Below, one piece after another: positions 8,918 through 20,132 of a DNA stretch of 59,207 nt (positions are counted from its first letter, which is position 1; each line of letters begins with the position of its first letter). The notes under the pieces are model-generated. The model was not told the DNA's origin and searched no databases. It saw nothing but the letters and a program-made list of their open reading frames with translations. Origin of the DNA: Candidatus Eiseniibacteriota bacterium (GTDB lineage Bacteria > Eisenbacteria > RBG-16-71-46). The stretch lies in contig JANXPZ010000130.1 in the NCBI GenBank assembly GCA_025357055.1, positions 1 through 59,207 on the forward strand, in the 5' to 3' direction. The position numbers and the translations under genes were made by a program.

Positions 8918-10639
8918 TCAGGCCGGGTCGCTCGAATCCGACGGCTCTTCCTCGAAGGCGCGCTCCGGGCTGGCAGGCCTGCGGGTCCGCTCGGGCCGGG
9001 CGGGCCAGAACACGCTGGTCCCCGAATCGGCGAGGATCAACGCGAGGGCCACGGCGGGCAGGCTCGCCGCGCCCGGATGGATCAGGTAGCGCGGCTCCCA
9101 GCGGGGGCCGAACTTGTCCTTGAAGTCGTGGACCCCCTTGAAACTGTAGAAACGGTTCACGTGCTCGAAGATGAAGCCCAGGGCCCGTTCGACCGCGGGG
9201 GAGTCCGGGTGGCCGCCGACCAGCGCCAGGGCGCTGAGGCCCAGGTTGAAGGAGTCGTAGCCGCGCTCGCGGGCCCAGCGGAACAACTCGATGAACAGGA
9301 AGTCCATGGTGCCGCTCTCGACGTCGCGCCGGTAGCGCATCAGGTCCACGGTCAGCTCGTTGCGCCGGTACTCGGTGACGACGTTGGCGAAGGCGCGGAT
9401 GCCCCCCGCGGGGCTGATCACCGTCATCACCGGGTCCGGCCGCAGGTAGTCCTCGTCGAACCAGCCCAGGGAGAAGCGCTTCTCGGTGCCGCGCATGGTG
9501 GCCAGCCACTCGTCGCTCACCTCCCGCAGTTCGACCAGCAACGCATCGTCGAGCGGCGGTTCCACGACGACGGCGCGCGCCCCGGCGCGCTGGAGGCGGC
9601 TCACGGCGCCGCGCAACCGTTTCATCGAGTGCCCCTCGAGGCTGAAGGTCTTCAGGTCCACGATGGCCTCGTGCCCGATGCACAGCGCTTCGAGGCCGGC
9701 TGCGCGATAGTCCTCGAGCCGGTCGGGGAAGGTCTGGTAGAAGACCGCGCGCCAGTCGTTGCGGGCGCAGAACTGGACGAACCCGGCGATGGCGGCCGCG
9801 GCGTCCTGCGGTGGCCCGATGGGGTCGCCGAGGGACAGGGCCACGCGGTTCTTGACCACGAAGGGGACCACCGAACCGCCCGGCGTGAAGTGGAACGACT
9901 TGTCCTCCATCAGGGCCAGGCGGGCGAGCGAGGAGCATCCATGGGCCTCGACGATGCGCAGCGCGCGCTCGCGCTCGCTGGCGGTGGCGGGGCGCCGCAG
10001 GAGCACGGGGCGGACGATCAGGAAGAGCGCCAGGCCGCCGCTCGCCGCGCTGACCCCGTAGATCGAGTTCGCGAACCAGCGGCCGAAGTGCGTGACCGGC
10101 TGGAGCCCGGGGTCGTAGAGCTGGGTGAACATGACCACCGTCTGGCGCAGCGCCGCCCAGAATCCGAAGTTCACGCTGAAGTGGTGATCGAGCAGGTAGA
10201 AGCCGGTCACCCCGTAGAGCAGGGTGAACGTCAGCGCGCCCAGCAGCACCCACAGTCCCTGCCGCACCGAGGGCGGATCGGACCGGGCCTGGAAATGGTG
10301 CCGCTGGGAGAACAGGAAGACCGCCAGCGCGGTCGCCACGGCCGCCTCCTCGAAGTCGAGGCCCTTGACGACGTGGCTCGCCACCGAGAGGACGAGCACG
10401 GCCTCGGTCAGCAGCCAGGCTGCGCGCTTGCGCCGCGCGAGGTTGACGGCCAGCAGCAGCAGCGCGAACCCTGCCAGCGCGGCGGCGAGGTGGCCGCCGT
10501 GCCGCAGGAAGAGCGGGGACCACGAGGAGATCTGCTGGACCCGGGCGGGTTCCGACGGCGTCACGCCCGAGAGGAGGTTGACGAACCCCATCGCGGTGGT
10601 GAGGGCCGCCGCGGTCCGGACCGCGCCCCTGCCCCTCAT
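8918..10639 (-). CDS. Phosphatidylglycerol aminoacyl(lysyl)transferase-domain protein (MprF C-terminal/DUF2156 with membrane region)
   Basis: N-terminal TM helices (LARRKRAAW, KGLDFEEA), then LGDPIG, EKRFSLG, VDLMRY, GTMDFLF, FNLGLSAL and FKDKFGPRWEPRYL. Confidence 0.88.
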   Translation of the reverse strand: MRGRGAVRTAAALTTAMGFVNLLSGVTPSEPARVQQISSWSPLFLRHGGHLAAALAGFALLLLAVNLARRKRAAWLLTEAVLVLSVASHVVKGLDFEEAAVATALAVFLFSQRHHFQARSDPPSVRQGLWVLLGALTFTLLYGVTGFYLLDHHFSVNFGFWAALRQTVVMFTQLYDPGLQPVTHFGRWFANSIYGVSAASGGLALFLIVRPVLLRRPATASERERALRIVEAHGCSSLARLALMEDKSFHFTPGGSVVPFVVKNRVALSLGDPIGPPQDAAAAIAGFVQFCARNDWRAVFYQTFPDRLEDYRAAGLEALCIGHEAIVDLKTFSLEGHSMKRLRGAVSRLQRAGARAVVVEPPLDDALLVELREVSDEWLATMRGTEKRFSLGWFDEDYLRPDPVMTVISPAGGIRAFANVVTEYRRNELTVDLMRYRRDVESGTMDFLFIELFRWARERGYDSFNLGLSALALVGGHPDSPAVERALGFIFEHVNRFYSFKGVHDFKDKFGPRWEPRYLIHPGAASLPAVALALILADSGTSVFWPARPERTRRPASPERAFEEEPSDSSDPA

Positions 10640-11669
10640 CGCGCCTCCGGGCGCAGCGAGCGGAGGCGCCGCAACAGCAGGAACCCGATGAAGGTCGGGA
10701 GCCAGAAGGTGAGCCCGCGGAAGGACAGCACGATGAGGGTCGCCGGCTCGGCGTGCACGCCGAGCGAGGTGTAGACCAGCGTCATCACGCCCTCGACCAC
10801 GCCGATCCCCTGCGGAACGGGCGAGAGCAGCCAGCTCAGGATGCCGAAGGCGTAGCCCGCCACGACCACGCCCGGCCGCAGGGCCTCGCGGAAGGCGAGG
10901 AACAGCGCGCCCAGGCTCGCCACGTCCAGCACGGTCATGGTGAGCGCGAGCGCGAGCAGGCGGAGCGGCCCGCCCGGCCGCGCGTGCAGCGCCTGCGCGA
11001 CCTCCACGAACTCGCCGGCCGTGCGCGCGGCCCAGTCCGGGGCGAGCGGGCTCGACAGTCGCAGGGCCCGGGCCACGGCGGCCGTCGCACCCGCCGTCCC
11101 GCGCAACAGGGCGTCGAGTGCGCGTGGCAGCCAGAGCCCCAGCGCCAGCAGCAGGACCAGGGCGAGGATCATCGCCACGAGCGCGGCGGCGCCCCAGACC
11201 TCGAGGCTCTGCAGCTCGTGGCGCGCCGCCAGGTACGGCAGGCTCCCGAGCAGCACCAGCGCGAGCGCCGAGAGGATGGCGGTCATCGCCAGCAGCAGGC
11301 CGGCCGCGGCGCGGGCCGGCGACTCGCCGCGGCGCGCCGCATCGTCCATGAAGAGCGCCGCGCCGGCTGCGCCGCCGCTCGGCACCACGACGTTGGCGAA
11401 CATCGAGCCGAGCAGCACGGCAAGGACCTCGCGGAAGCGGCTGCGCATGCCCACCACGCCGAAGGCCGCGTGGCAGAGCGCGGCGTAGACCAGGTAGTAG
11501 ACGCCCTGCAGGACCGCCGCCGCCGCCACCCAGGGCCAGCGGCCCAGCGCCAGCGTGCGGGCCAGTTCGTCCAGCTCGGTGCGGCGCGCGATGATCACCC
11601 AGAGGAAGGCGACCACGGCGAGCGGGAGGATCCAGCGGCGCACGTCCCCTGCCTTTCCGGTGGGCCGGC

Positions 11670-11673
<4 letters not shown>
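10636..11673 (-). CDS. Lysylphosphatidylglycerol synthase TM/flippase-like membrane protein (UPF0104)
   Basis: Multi-TM protein with ANVVVPSGG, PVPQGIGVVEG and FRGLTFWLP; overlaps both neighbours by 4 nt. Start may be GTG 11643. Confidence 0.82.
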
Positions 11674-12709
<1,036 letters not shown>

Positions 12710-12713
<4 letters not shown>

Positions 12714-14242
12714 GGCGCGACCGCTCCCCGCCGGCCGGTCATGTGCAGCCCCAGCGTGCGCTCGTCGGTCTCGGCCGGCCGCGTCTCATGGACCAGGCGC
12801 CCCTCGTACATCACGAAGATGCGATCCGAGAGCGCCAGGATCTCGGACAGTTCCGAGGAGACCAGCAGCACCGCGCGCCCGGCGTCGCGCTCGCGCAGCA
12901 GCCTCTGGTGGAGGAACGCGATCGCCCCGAGGTCCACGCCGCGCGTGGGGTGGGCGGCCAGCACCACCGCCGCGCCGCGGCTCAGCTCGCGCGCGGCGAT
13001 GAGCTTCTGCTGGTTGCCGCCCGAGAGCTGGCGCGCCTGCCGCCCGGGCTCGGGCGGCCGCACGTCGTACTCGGCCAGCACCCCGGCGGCCCGGGCCTCG
13101 AGCGCGCGGCGCGGCAGCAGCGGCCCGTGGCCCGCGTCCGGTTCGCGCTGGCGGCCCAGCACCAGGTTCTCGGCCAGCGTCATCTCGGGCACCAGCCCGC
13201 GGCGCAGCCGGTCGCTGGGGATGTGCGCGAGGCCCGCGGCCGCCCGCCCGCGCGCCGTGAGCGCCGTGCAGTCGCGGTCCGCGATGAGGATGTCGCCGTG
13301 CTGCGCGCGCCGCAGTCCCGCCAGGCACTCGACCAGCTCGTGCTGGCCGTTCCCCTCGACGCCCGCCAGGCCGACGATCTCGCCCGAGTGCACCTCGAAG
13401 GAGGCGCGCTTCACCGCCTGCAGTCCCCGGTCGTCGAGCACGTCGAGCAGGCGCACCCGCAGCAGCGGGACGCACTCCTCGTGGTGCGCGCGGGCGTGCA
13501 GCGGCGGGATGGCGTGCCCCACCATGAGCTCGGCCATGCGCTCGACCGGATGCTCCGCGATCGCGCCGCCGCCCACCACGCGGCCCGCGCGCATCACCGT
13601 GACGCGCTGCGCCAGGGCGGTCACCTCGGCCAGCTTGTGGGTGATCAGCACGATGGTCGTGCCCTGCGCCTGCAACTCGCGCAGCACGCGGAAGAGGTCG
13701 TCCACCTCCTGCGGCGTGAGCACCGCCGTGGGCTCGTCCAGGATGAGCACCCGCGCGCCGTGGTAGAGCGCCTTGAGGATCTCGACCCGCTGCTGCGCCC
13801 CGACCGAGAGCGTCTCGATGCGCGCGCCCGGGTCCACGGGCAGACCGTGGCGTGCGGCCAGCGCGGCCACCTCGCGCTCGGCCGCGGCCGGGCTGTAGCT
13901 CCCGAGGGCGCCGAGCGGCTCGCGGCCGAGCGTGACGTTCTCCGCCACGGTGAGCGAGTCCACCAGCATGAAGTGCTGGTGCACCATGCCGAGCCCGAGC
14001 CGCATCGCGGCCGCCGGGCTGTGGATGCGCACGGCCCGGCCTGCGACTTCGATGGTGCCCGAGTCGGGCTGGAGCAGGCCGTAGAGGACGCGCATCAACG
14101 TGCTCTTGCCGGCGCCGTTCTCGCCCACGAGGCCGTGGATCTCGCCGGGCGCCAGCTCGAGGGAGACGTCGTCGTTCGCCACCACCGGCCCGAAGCGGCG
14201 GGTGATGTGGCGCAGCGAGATGGGCGGAGCGGACTCAATCAT
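12710..14242 (-). CDS. Nucleoside/sugar ABC transporter ATP-binding protein with two ABC domains (NupA/YufO-like)
   Basis: Walker A GENGAGKST, MVHQHFML, LILDEPT, LSGGNQQK, PTRGVD. Confidence 0.93.
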
Positions 14243-14251
14243 GGAGCGTGG

Positions 14252-14257
14252 AGCCTA
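14252..14257 (-). promoter_or_regulatory. Putative -10 box (TAGGCT) 9 nt upstream of the ABC ATPase ATG; no SD
   Basis: Read directly; same spacing as at tdk, udk and rpiB. Confidence 0.4.
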
Positions 14258-14464
14258 GCCGGGGTGGCGGGAGGCGTCCAGCACGGGCGGGGCGCGGGGC
14301 ACGGCGACGCCGGGCGCGCTCCGGGCGGGCTTGCGGGTGAGTGCCGCCATCCATGAGGGGCAGGCTCGCGGGAGAAACCGGGGGGCCTGCGGGGTAGGAG
14401 GGTGGGGCGCATGCGCCGCTGAGCATCCGCCCGCGCCCGGTCGCGGCACGGAACGCGGGCGACC

Positions 14465-14473
14465 TGTTATAGT
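14465..14473 (+). promoter_or_regulatory. Putative extended -10 promoter (TGTTATAGT) for the gene at 14555
   Basis: AT-rich TGnTATAGT in a very GC-rich intergenic region. Confidence 0.45.
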
Positions 14474-14554
14474 CACACGTCGTCGGGCTCCGGGATCCGC
14501 CCTGCCGGGTGGACGAGTCGCCGGAGTCGCCTCCGTCCTCCGGGAGACGCTCGC

Positions 14555-15328
14555 TTGAGACTGCTGAGAATACGGCCCACCCTCTGCGTGGTGTTGCTCC
14601 TGTCCGCCGCTCCGGTCCGCGCCGCCGGCCTCAACCTGGCGTGGGACAAGTGCCTCTCGGAAGGTGGAGCCAGTTCGAAGACGTTCTCCTGCGGCACCAA
14701 CGTGGGCTATGCCGACATCGTCGGCTCGTTCATCCCGAGCCAGCCGCACCCGCTGTTCGTGGGCTTCGAGGTGAAGCTGGACGTGCAGTCGCAGACGCGG
14801 ACGCTCCCGGCCTGGTGGCAGCTCTTCAACCCCGGCTCGTGCCGTGAGACCGCCTTCGAGCTGGTGTTCGACTTCAAGACCATGCCGAAGTCATCCTGTG
14901 ACGACCCCTTCGAGGCGACCGCCTATGGCGGGGTGGGCTACTACGCCACACCCTCCAACCCGTCGCTCAGCTACCAGGGCGGGCCCAATACGGCACGCAT
15001 GTTCCTGGGCGCCGCGCTCATGTATTCGAAGAACCTGTCGCCCGGGACGGAGTACTACGCCTTCCGTCTGCGCCTCACCTACGATTCGAGCACCGGGGGC
15101 AGTGCGTGCGAGGGCTGCAGCACGCCGGTCTGCCTGACGCTGGCGGAGGTGGCGGTCTACGACGAATCGGCGGAGCCGCTCAACGACCAGCTTTCGCATC
15201 CGCCCGAGCCGGAGATCATCTCCCAGCAGGCACAGAACGTCATGATCGGCTGGCAGGACGCCGGCTCCGGTTGCCAGTCGGCGGTGAAGAACAAGACCTG
15301 GGGCCAGCTGAAGAGCCTGTACCGCTGA
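14555..15328 (+). CDS. Secreted Cys-containing hypothetical protein with C-terminal KTWGQLKSLYR motif
   Basis: Signal peptide (..LLLSAAPVRA|A), GLNLAWDKC, CEGCSTPVC, C-terminal TWGxxKxxYR; coding-like codon usage. Confidence 0.82.
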   Translation: MRLLRIRPTLCVVLLLSAAPVRAAGLNLAWDKCLSEGGASSKTFSCGTNVGYADIVGSFIPSQPHPLFVGFEVKLDVQSQTRTLPAWWQLFNPGSCRETAFELVFDFKTMPKSSCDDPFEATAYGGVGYYATPSNPSLSYQGGPNTARMFLGAALMYSKNLSPGTEYYAFRLRLTYDSSTGGSACEGCSTPVCLTLAEVAVYDESAEPLNDQLSHPPEPEIISQQAQNVMIGWQDAGSGCQSAVKNKTWGQLKSLYR

Positions 15329-15465
15329 GCGTCAGCCGGCGAACGTCCCCCAGGGCTCCGGCGGGACGAGGCCGGCGGGGATGAGGACGCGCGACGCCGG
15401 ACCGCCGAACGCTCCCTGTGTGCATCCGCCCCGTGGTCCGCAGGGACGGTGGTCGCCGCCGTGGC

Positions 15466-16347
15466 TCAGGCCGGCTCGCGTCCGACGGACTCCCACGTGA
15501 TGCGCACGTTCTCCCGGTGGACGTCGTCCATGGGATACGCGGCCCCCTTGCCGAGGTAGTCCATCGCCGCGAGCCGCGCCTGCGTCTCATCGAGCGGGAG
15601 ACCGGCGCGATGCGCCTCGCGCACGCCGGTCTCCATCGTGTCGAGGTAGCGCAGGTCGCGCCGCACGCGCGCGTGCGCCTCCCCGGCGCCACGCGCGATC
15701 GATCCGTGCCCGGGCACGAGCGTGTCGATCCGCCCGCAGGAGATGAGCAGGTCGATCCGCGTCAGCGTGTGCCGGTAGTGCGCGGGCTCCCGGTCGAGCC
15801 AGGGGATCTCGAGGTCCGAGAGCAGGTCGGCCGCGAACAGCAGGCGGCGGTCCTCGAGGTGGACCGTGATCTGGCTGTCGCAGTGACCCGGCGCCTCGCG
15901 CAGCACCAGCCGCCATGGCCCGAACGCGAGCGCGGACACGTCCCGGCCGAGCGACCGGTCGTCTTCGACCACGAGATCGGGCTCGAAAGGCTGGAAGCCG
16001 CGACTCCACGCCTCGCCGGACCGGGCCGCGTGTCCGGTCGCCTCGGCGAGGATCGCGCCGGCGTCGCGCCGCAGCTCGGCCCCGAGCCCGGCCTGTCCCA
16101 CCGTGCCGGCCTGCGGCCACCAGGGCCGGCCGAGCACGTGGTCCCAGTGCGAGTGGGTGAAGACGATGGAGACGGTCGGCGTCCCGGCCGCGCGCACGGC
16201 GGCCGCGAGGTCGTCGAGTTCCGAGGGCAGCACGCCCGGGTCCACGAGCACCGCGTGCTCGCGGTCGAGCAGCAGCGCGCTGTTCATCCAGCACACGCGG
16301 CTCTGCCGCACCTGCACGCCGCCACCGAGATCGGTCCAGGGAGTCAC
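15466..16347 (-). CDS. MBL-fold metallo-hydrolase
   Basis: VLVDPG, THSHWDH, APGHC, FAADLL and VPGHG metal-ligand motifs. Confidence 0.88.
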   Translation of the reverse strand: MTPWTDLGGGVQVRQSRVCWMNSALLLDREHAVLVDPGVLPSELDDLAAAVRAAGTPTVSIVFTHSHWDHVLGRPWWPQAGTVGQAGLGAELRRDAGAILAEATGHAARSGEAWSRGFQPFEPDLVVEDDRSLGRDVSALAFGPWRLVLREAPGHCDSQITVHLEDRRLLFAADLLSDLEIPWLDREPAHYRHTLTRIDLLISCGRIDTLVPGHGSIARGAGEAHARVRRDLRYLDTMETGVREAHRAGLPLDETQARLAAMDYLGKGAAYPMDDVHRENVRITWESVGREPA

Positions 16348-16382
16348 GCGAGCCTCAACGCGCCGGAGCCACCACCGGCGCG

Positions 16383-17414
16383 CTACTGCACCGGCACGAC
16401 GATCCGTCCCGCCACGATCTCGGCCTTGAACGCATCCACCTTCGCCTTCACGCCGTCGGGGATGAGCGCCTTGTTCTGGTCGTCGTAGACCCAGCCCACG
16501 CCGTCCTCCTTGAGGCCGAACTCACGGATGCCGCCCTGCCAGCGGCCCTCCTTGAGCTCCCGGATCGAGTCGAAGACCGAGGTCTCCACGCGCTTCACCA
16601 TCGACGTCAGGATGAAGCCCGGCGCCTCGGCCTGCTGGTCCGAGTCCACGCCGATGGCGAGCTTGCCCTTCTCGCGCGCCGCCTCGAACACGCCCAGGCC
16701 GGTCGAGCCCGAGGCGTGGAAGATGATGTCGGCTCCCTGGTTGTACTCCGCCAGGCCCAGTTCCTTGCCCTTGGTCGGGTCCTTGAAGGCCGTGCCCGTC
16801 GTGCCCGCGTATTTCACGATCAGCTCGACCTTCGGGTTCGCCGCCTTCACGCCCGCGCGGTAGCCCGCCTCGAACTTCTTGATGAGCGGGATCTCCATGC
16901 CGCCGACGAAGCCCACCTTGCCGGTCTTCGTGAGGAGCGCCGCGAGCGCGCCGACCAGGAACGAGCCTTCCTGCTCCTTGAACTCGAGTGCGACGAGGTT
17001 GGGCGGGAGCGCCTGGCCTTCCTTCAGCGTGTAGTCTACGCAGGCGAACTTGACCTCCGGGAACTCCTGCGCGAGCCCGTAGATGTCGTCGGTGAAGAGG
17101 AAGCCCACACCGAAGACCAGCTGCGAGCCGCCGGCGGCGAGTTGGCGCATCTGGGCCTCGCGGTCCGAGCCCTCGCCCGTCTCGAGCGTCGTGAAGGTGA
17201 TGCCCAACTCCTTCTGCGCGCGCTCGAGCCCGGCGTAGGCGGCGTCGTTGAAGGACTTGTCGCCGCGCCCGCCCACGTCGAACACCAGGCCGACCTTGAG
17301 CGCGCCGGCCGCGGCGGCCGGCGGGGCCGGCTTCTCAGCCGGCTTTGCGCACCCCGCGGCGAGGACGACGACGGCGAGCAGGGCGAGGACGCGCGGCAAC
17401 GGGGACAACCTCAT
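16383..17414 (-). CDS. BMP-family ABC substrate-binding lipoprotein (nucleoside-binding, PnrA/TmpC-like)
   Basis: Lipobox [50 protein letters not shown]. Confidence 0.92.
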   Translation of the reverse strand: MRLSPLPRVLALLAVVVLAAGCAKPAEKPAPPAAAAGALKVGLVFDVGGRGDKSFNDAAYAGLERAQKELGITFTTLETGEGSDREAQMRQLAAGGSQLVFGVGFLFTDDIYGLAQEFPEVKFACVDYTLKEGQALPPNLVALEFKEQEGSFLVGALAALLTKTGKVGFVGGMEIPLIKKFEAGYRAGVKAANPKVELIVKYAGTTGTAFKDPTKGKELGLAEYNQGADIIFHASGSTGLGVFEAAREKGKLAIGVDSDQQAEAPGFILTSMVKRVETSVFDSIRELKEGRWQGGIREFGLKEDGVGWVYDDQNKALIPDGVKAKVDAFKAEIVAGRIVVPVQ

Positions 17415-18021
17415 CGGAACCTCCGGGTGGGGGCGGCTCATCGGGCGCGACCGCGCGGCGGCCCAGCTCGTAGCAGCGGCGGCAGCGAGCCTCGTAGAGA
17501 TCGGCGCCCCCCACCACGACGCGGGCCGTGCGGCGCTTCTTGCGGTAGCTGCGGTTGGCGGGGTTGCCGCACACCACGCAGATGGCGAGCGTCTTGGTGA
17601 TGTATTCGGCGATGGCGAGCAGTTGCGGCATGGGCTCGAAAGGCTTGCCGAGGTAGTCCTGGTCGAGCCCGGCCACGATCACGCGCTTACCGCGCCGGGC
17701 CAGGCGCTCGCAGACCTTGACCAGGTCGGGGCCGAGGAACTGGCCCTCGTCGATGCCGATGACCTGGGCCTCGTGGGCGTAGCGGAGCACGTCCTTCGCG
17801 GTCTTGACCGCGCGCGAGGGGATGCGCAGCTCCGAGTGAGACACGAGCTGATCGCGTCCGAAACGGTCGTCGATCGAGGGCTTGAAGATGGCGACCCGCT
17901 GGCGGGCGATCTGGGCGCGGCGCAGGCGGCGGATGAGCTCCTCCGTCTTGCCGCTGTACATGCTTCCGACGATCACTTCGATCCAGCCGGAGTTGACGAA
18001 TGCCTGGGTGGGTTCGGTCAT
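17335..18021 (-). CDS. tdk: Thymidine kinase (type II)
   Basis: P-loop [21 protein letters not shown] and Zn motifs AICVVCG / YEARCRRC; low-complexity tail overlaps the BMP gene. Confidence 0.94.
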   Translation of the reverse strand: MTEPTQAFVNSGWIEVIVGSMYSGKTEELIRRLRRAQIARQRVAIFKPSIDDRFGRDQLVSHSELRIPSRAVKTAKDVLRYAHEAQVIGIDEGQFLGPDLVKVCERLARRGKRVIVAGLDQDYLGKPFEPMPQLLAIAEYITKTLAICVVCGNPANRSYRKKRRTARVVVGGADLYEARCRRCYELGRRAVAPDEPPPPGGSDEVVPVAARPRPARRRRPRRGVRKAG

Positions 18022-18030
18022 GGCGCACGG

Positions 18031-18059
18031 ACGCTAACCAGCGCGGCGGGTGCTGTCAA
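18031..18059 (-). promoter_or_regulatory. Sigma-70-like promoter of tdk (TTGACA-17-TAGCGT), ATG 9 nt downstream
   Basis: Perfect -35 and 17-nt spacer read on the minus strand. Confidence 0.6.
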
Positions 18060-18088
18060 CGCCACCCCCGACCGGGCGCCGGGCGTGT

Positions 18089-18139
18089 CTTGATGCTCCC
18101 TTGATGCGCACGGCCCGACTCTTGAGCCACCCCTGACCG
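18089..18139 (+). promoter_or_regulatory. Helically phased direct repeats (CTTGATGC x2, CTTGAGCC, CCTGACCG) upstream of the kdp operon; candidate KdpE site
   Basis: Repeat starts at 18089, 18100, 18121 and 18132; OmpR-family regulators bind tandem direct repeats. Confidence 0.5.
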
Positions 18140-18180
18140 CTCGCCGGGCTCTAATGGGGCGGGTGGAAAGGGAGGCTCGC

Positions 18181-18267
18181 ATGCAGGATCTGGGTCTGAT
18201 CGTGCTCGTGATCGTGTTCTTCGCGCTCTCGCTGGCGTTCGTCCGCCTGTGCGCGCGGCTGCGCTGA
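18181..18267 (+). CDS. 28-aa hydrophobic membrane peptide upstream of kdpF
   Basis: GGAGG RBS; MQDLGLIVLVIVFFALSLAFVRLCARLR, single TM; below the ORF-track cutoff. Confidence 0.75.
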   Translation: MQDLGLIVLVIVFFALSLAFVRLCARLR

Positions 18268-18274
18268 GGCGGCC

Positions 18275-18364
18275 ATGAACGTCCTCTACGCGGTGGGCGC
18301 GATCATCACGATCGCGCTGTTCGTCTACCTGGTCTTCGCGATGCTGCGGCCGGAGCGGTTCTGA
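18275..18364 (+). CDS. kdpF: K+-transporting ATPase subunit F
   Basis: [29 protein letters not shown] with the YL..A...PERF signature; TGATG coupling to kdpA. Confidence 0.9.
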   Translation: MNVLYAVGAIITIALFVYLVFAMLRPERF

Positions 18365-20112
18365 TGACCACCCATGCGGTGATCGAGCTGGTGGCCTTCC
18401 TGGCTGTGCTGCTGACGCTCGGGCCGCCGTTGGGCGGCTATGTCGCGCGAGTCCTCGATGGCCGTCCGACCTGGATGGGGCGGGTGCTCGGACCCTTCGA
18501 GCGCGTCGTCTACCGCCTCGCGGGCGTGCAACCGGAGGTCGAGTCCGGCTGGCGGCGCTACGCCCTGGGCATGCTGCTCCTCAACTTCGCCGGTCTGCTG
18601 TCGCTCTACGCGCTGCAGCGGCTCCAGGCGGTGCTGCCACTGAACCCGCAGCACCTGCCGGCGGTGTCGCCGTACCTCTCCTTCAACACCGCGGTGAGCT
18701 TCGCCACGAACACCAACTGGCAGAGCTACTCGGGCGAGACCACGCTGAGCTACCTGGTCCAGATGGCTGGACTCACCGTGCAGAACTTCCTCTCGGCCGC
18801 CAGCGGCATCGCGGTCCTGGCCGCGCTCATCCGCGGGCTGGCGCGGCACTCGGCCGGCACGATCGGCAACTTCTGGGTGGACCTCACGCGCGTGACGCTC
18901 TACGTGCTGCTGCCGCTCGCGGCCGTGCTCACGCTGGCGCTGGTCTCGCAGGGCGTGGTGCAGACGCTGGCGCCCACGCACGCGGTCGCGCTGGTGCAGC
19001 CGGTCACGGGCGCGGGCGGCGGCACCGTCACGGTGCAGCACATCGCAGTCGGTCCGGCGGCCGCGCAGGTCGCCATCAAGCAGCTCGGCACCAATGGCGG
19101 CGGCTTCTACAACACCAACTCGGCCCACCCGCTCGAGAACCCCACCCCGCTCTCGAACTTCCTCGAGCTGCTGGCCATCCTGCTCATCCCGGTGGCGCTG
19201 TGCTTCGCCTTCGGCGAGATGGTCGCCGACCGGCGCCAGGGCTGGGCGGTGTTCGCGGCCATGGGGCTGCTGTTCCTGCTGTTCGTGGTCACCTGCCTCG
19301 TGAGCGAGCAGGCCGGGAACCCGCGAATCGCCGCCCTGGGCGTGGACCTGCGCGCCGGCGCGCTGCAGCCGGGTGGGAACATGGAGGGCAAGGAGGCCCG
19401 CTTCGGCATCGCCGGCTCGGCCATCTGGGCGACCGCGACCACCGCGGCCTCGAACGGCTCGGTCAACGCCATGCACGATTCCTTCATGCCGCTCGGCGGC
19501 CTGGTCCCGATGCTGCTGATGCAGCTCGGCGAGGTGGTCTTCGGCGGCGTCGGCTCCGGGCTCTACGGCATGCTGATGTTCGTGATCGCGGCGGTCTTCA
19601 TCTCCGGCCTCATGGTCGGGCGCACGCCCGAGTACCTGGGCAAGAAGATCGGGGCCTTCGAGATGAAGATGGCCTCGCTGGTCATCCTGATCCCGCCGCT
19701 GACGGTAAAGATCGGCACTGCCATCGCGGTCAGCGCCGCCGCCGGCCGGGCCGGGGTGCTGAACCCCGGCGCCCACGGGTTCAGCGAGGTCCTCTACGCG
19801 TTCTCCTCGGTGGCCAACAACAACGGCAGCGCGTTCGCGGGACTGACCACGAACACGCCGTTCTACGATCTGGCGCTGGGGCTGGCCATGCTGGTCGGCC
19901 GGTACTGGCTCGCCGTGCCGACGCTGGCCATTGCCGGCTCGCTGGCCGCGAAGAAGAAGCTGCCGGCCGGCGCGGGCACGCTGCCCACCCACACTCCGCT
20001 GTTCGTCCTGCTCCTCGTGGCCACCGTCCTGGTGGTCGGCGCACTGGCCCTGTTCCCGGCCCTGGCGCTCGGTCCCATCGTCGAGCACCTGATGGTCGCG
20101 GGCGCGCGCTGA
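18364..20112 (+). CDS. kdpA: K+-transporting ATPase subunit A
   Basis: [32 protein letters not shown]. Confidence 0.96.
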   Translation: MTTHAVIELVAFLAVLLTLGPPLGGYVARVLDGRPTWMGRVLGPFERVVYRLAGVQPEVESGWRRYALGMLLLNFAGLLSLYALQRLQAVLPLNPQHLPAVSPYLSFNTAVSFATNTNWQSYSGETTLSYLVQMAGLTVQNFLSAASGIAVLAALIRGLARHSAGTIGNFWVDLTRVTLYVLLPLAAVLTLALVSQGVVQTLAPTHAVALVQPVTGAGGGTVTVQHIAVGPAAAQVAIKQLGTNGGGFYNTNSAHPLENPTPLSNFLELLAILLIPVALCFAFGEMVADRRQGWAVFAAMGLLFLLFVVTCLVSEQAGNPRIAALGVDLRAGALQPGGNMEGKEARFGIAGSAIWATATTAASNGSVNAMHDSFMPLGGLVPMLLMQLGEVVFGGVGSGLYGMLMFVIAAVFISGLMVGRTPEYLGKKIGAFEMKMASLVILIPPLTVKIGTAIAVSAAAGRAGVLNPGAHGFSEVLYAFSSVANNNGSAFAGLTTNTPFYDLALGLAMLVGRYWLAVPTLAIAGSLAAKKKLPAGAGTLPTHTPLFVLLLVATVLVVGALALFPALALGPIVEHLMVAGAR

Positions 20113-20132
20113 CGCGCAGGAGGATCGCAGCG

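Noticed and set aside
7314-10523. Very long alternative-frame and antisense ORFs (e.g. 7314-10523, 22419-25568, 25415-28540, 34377-37166, 48928-52044)
   Set aside because: They overlap well-supported genes, have Arg/Pro/Ala/Gly-rich or shadow composition and no motifs; such ORFs are expected in very GC-rich DNA.
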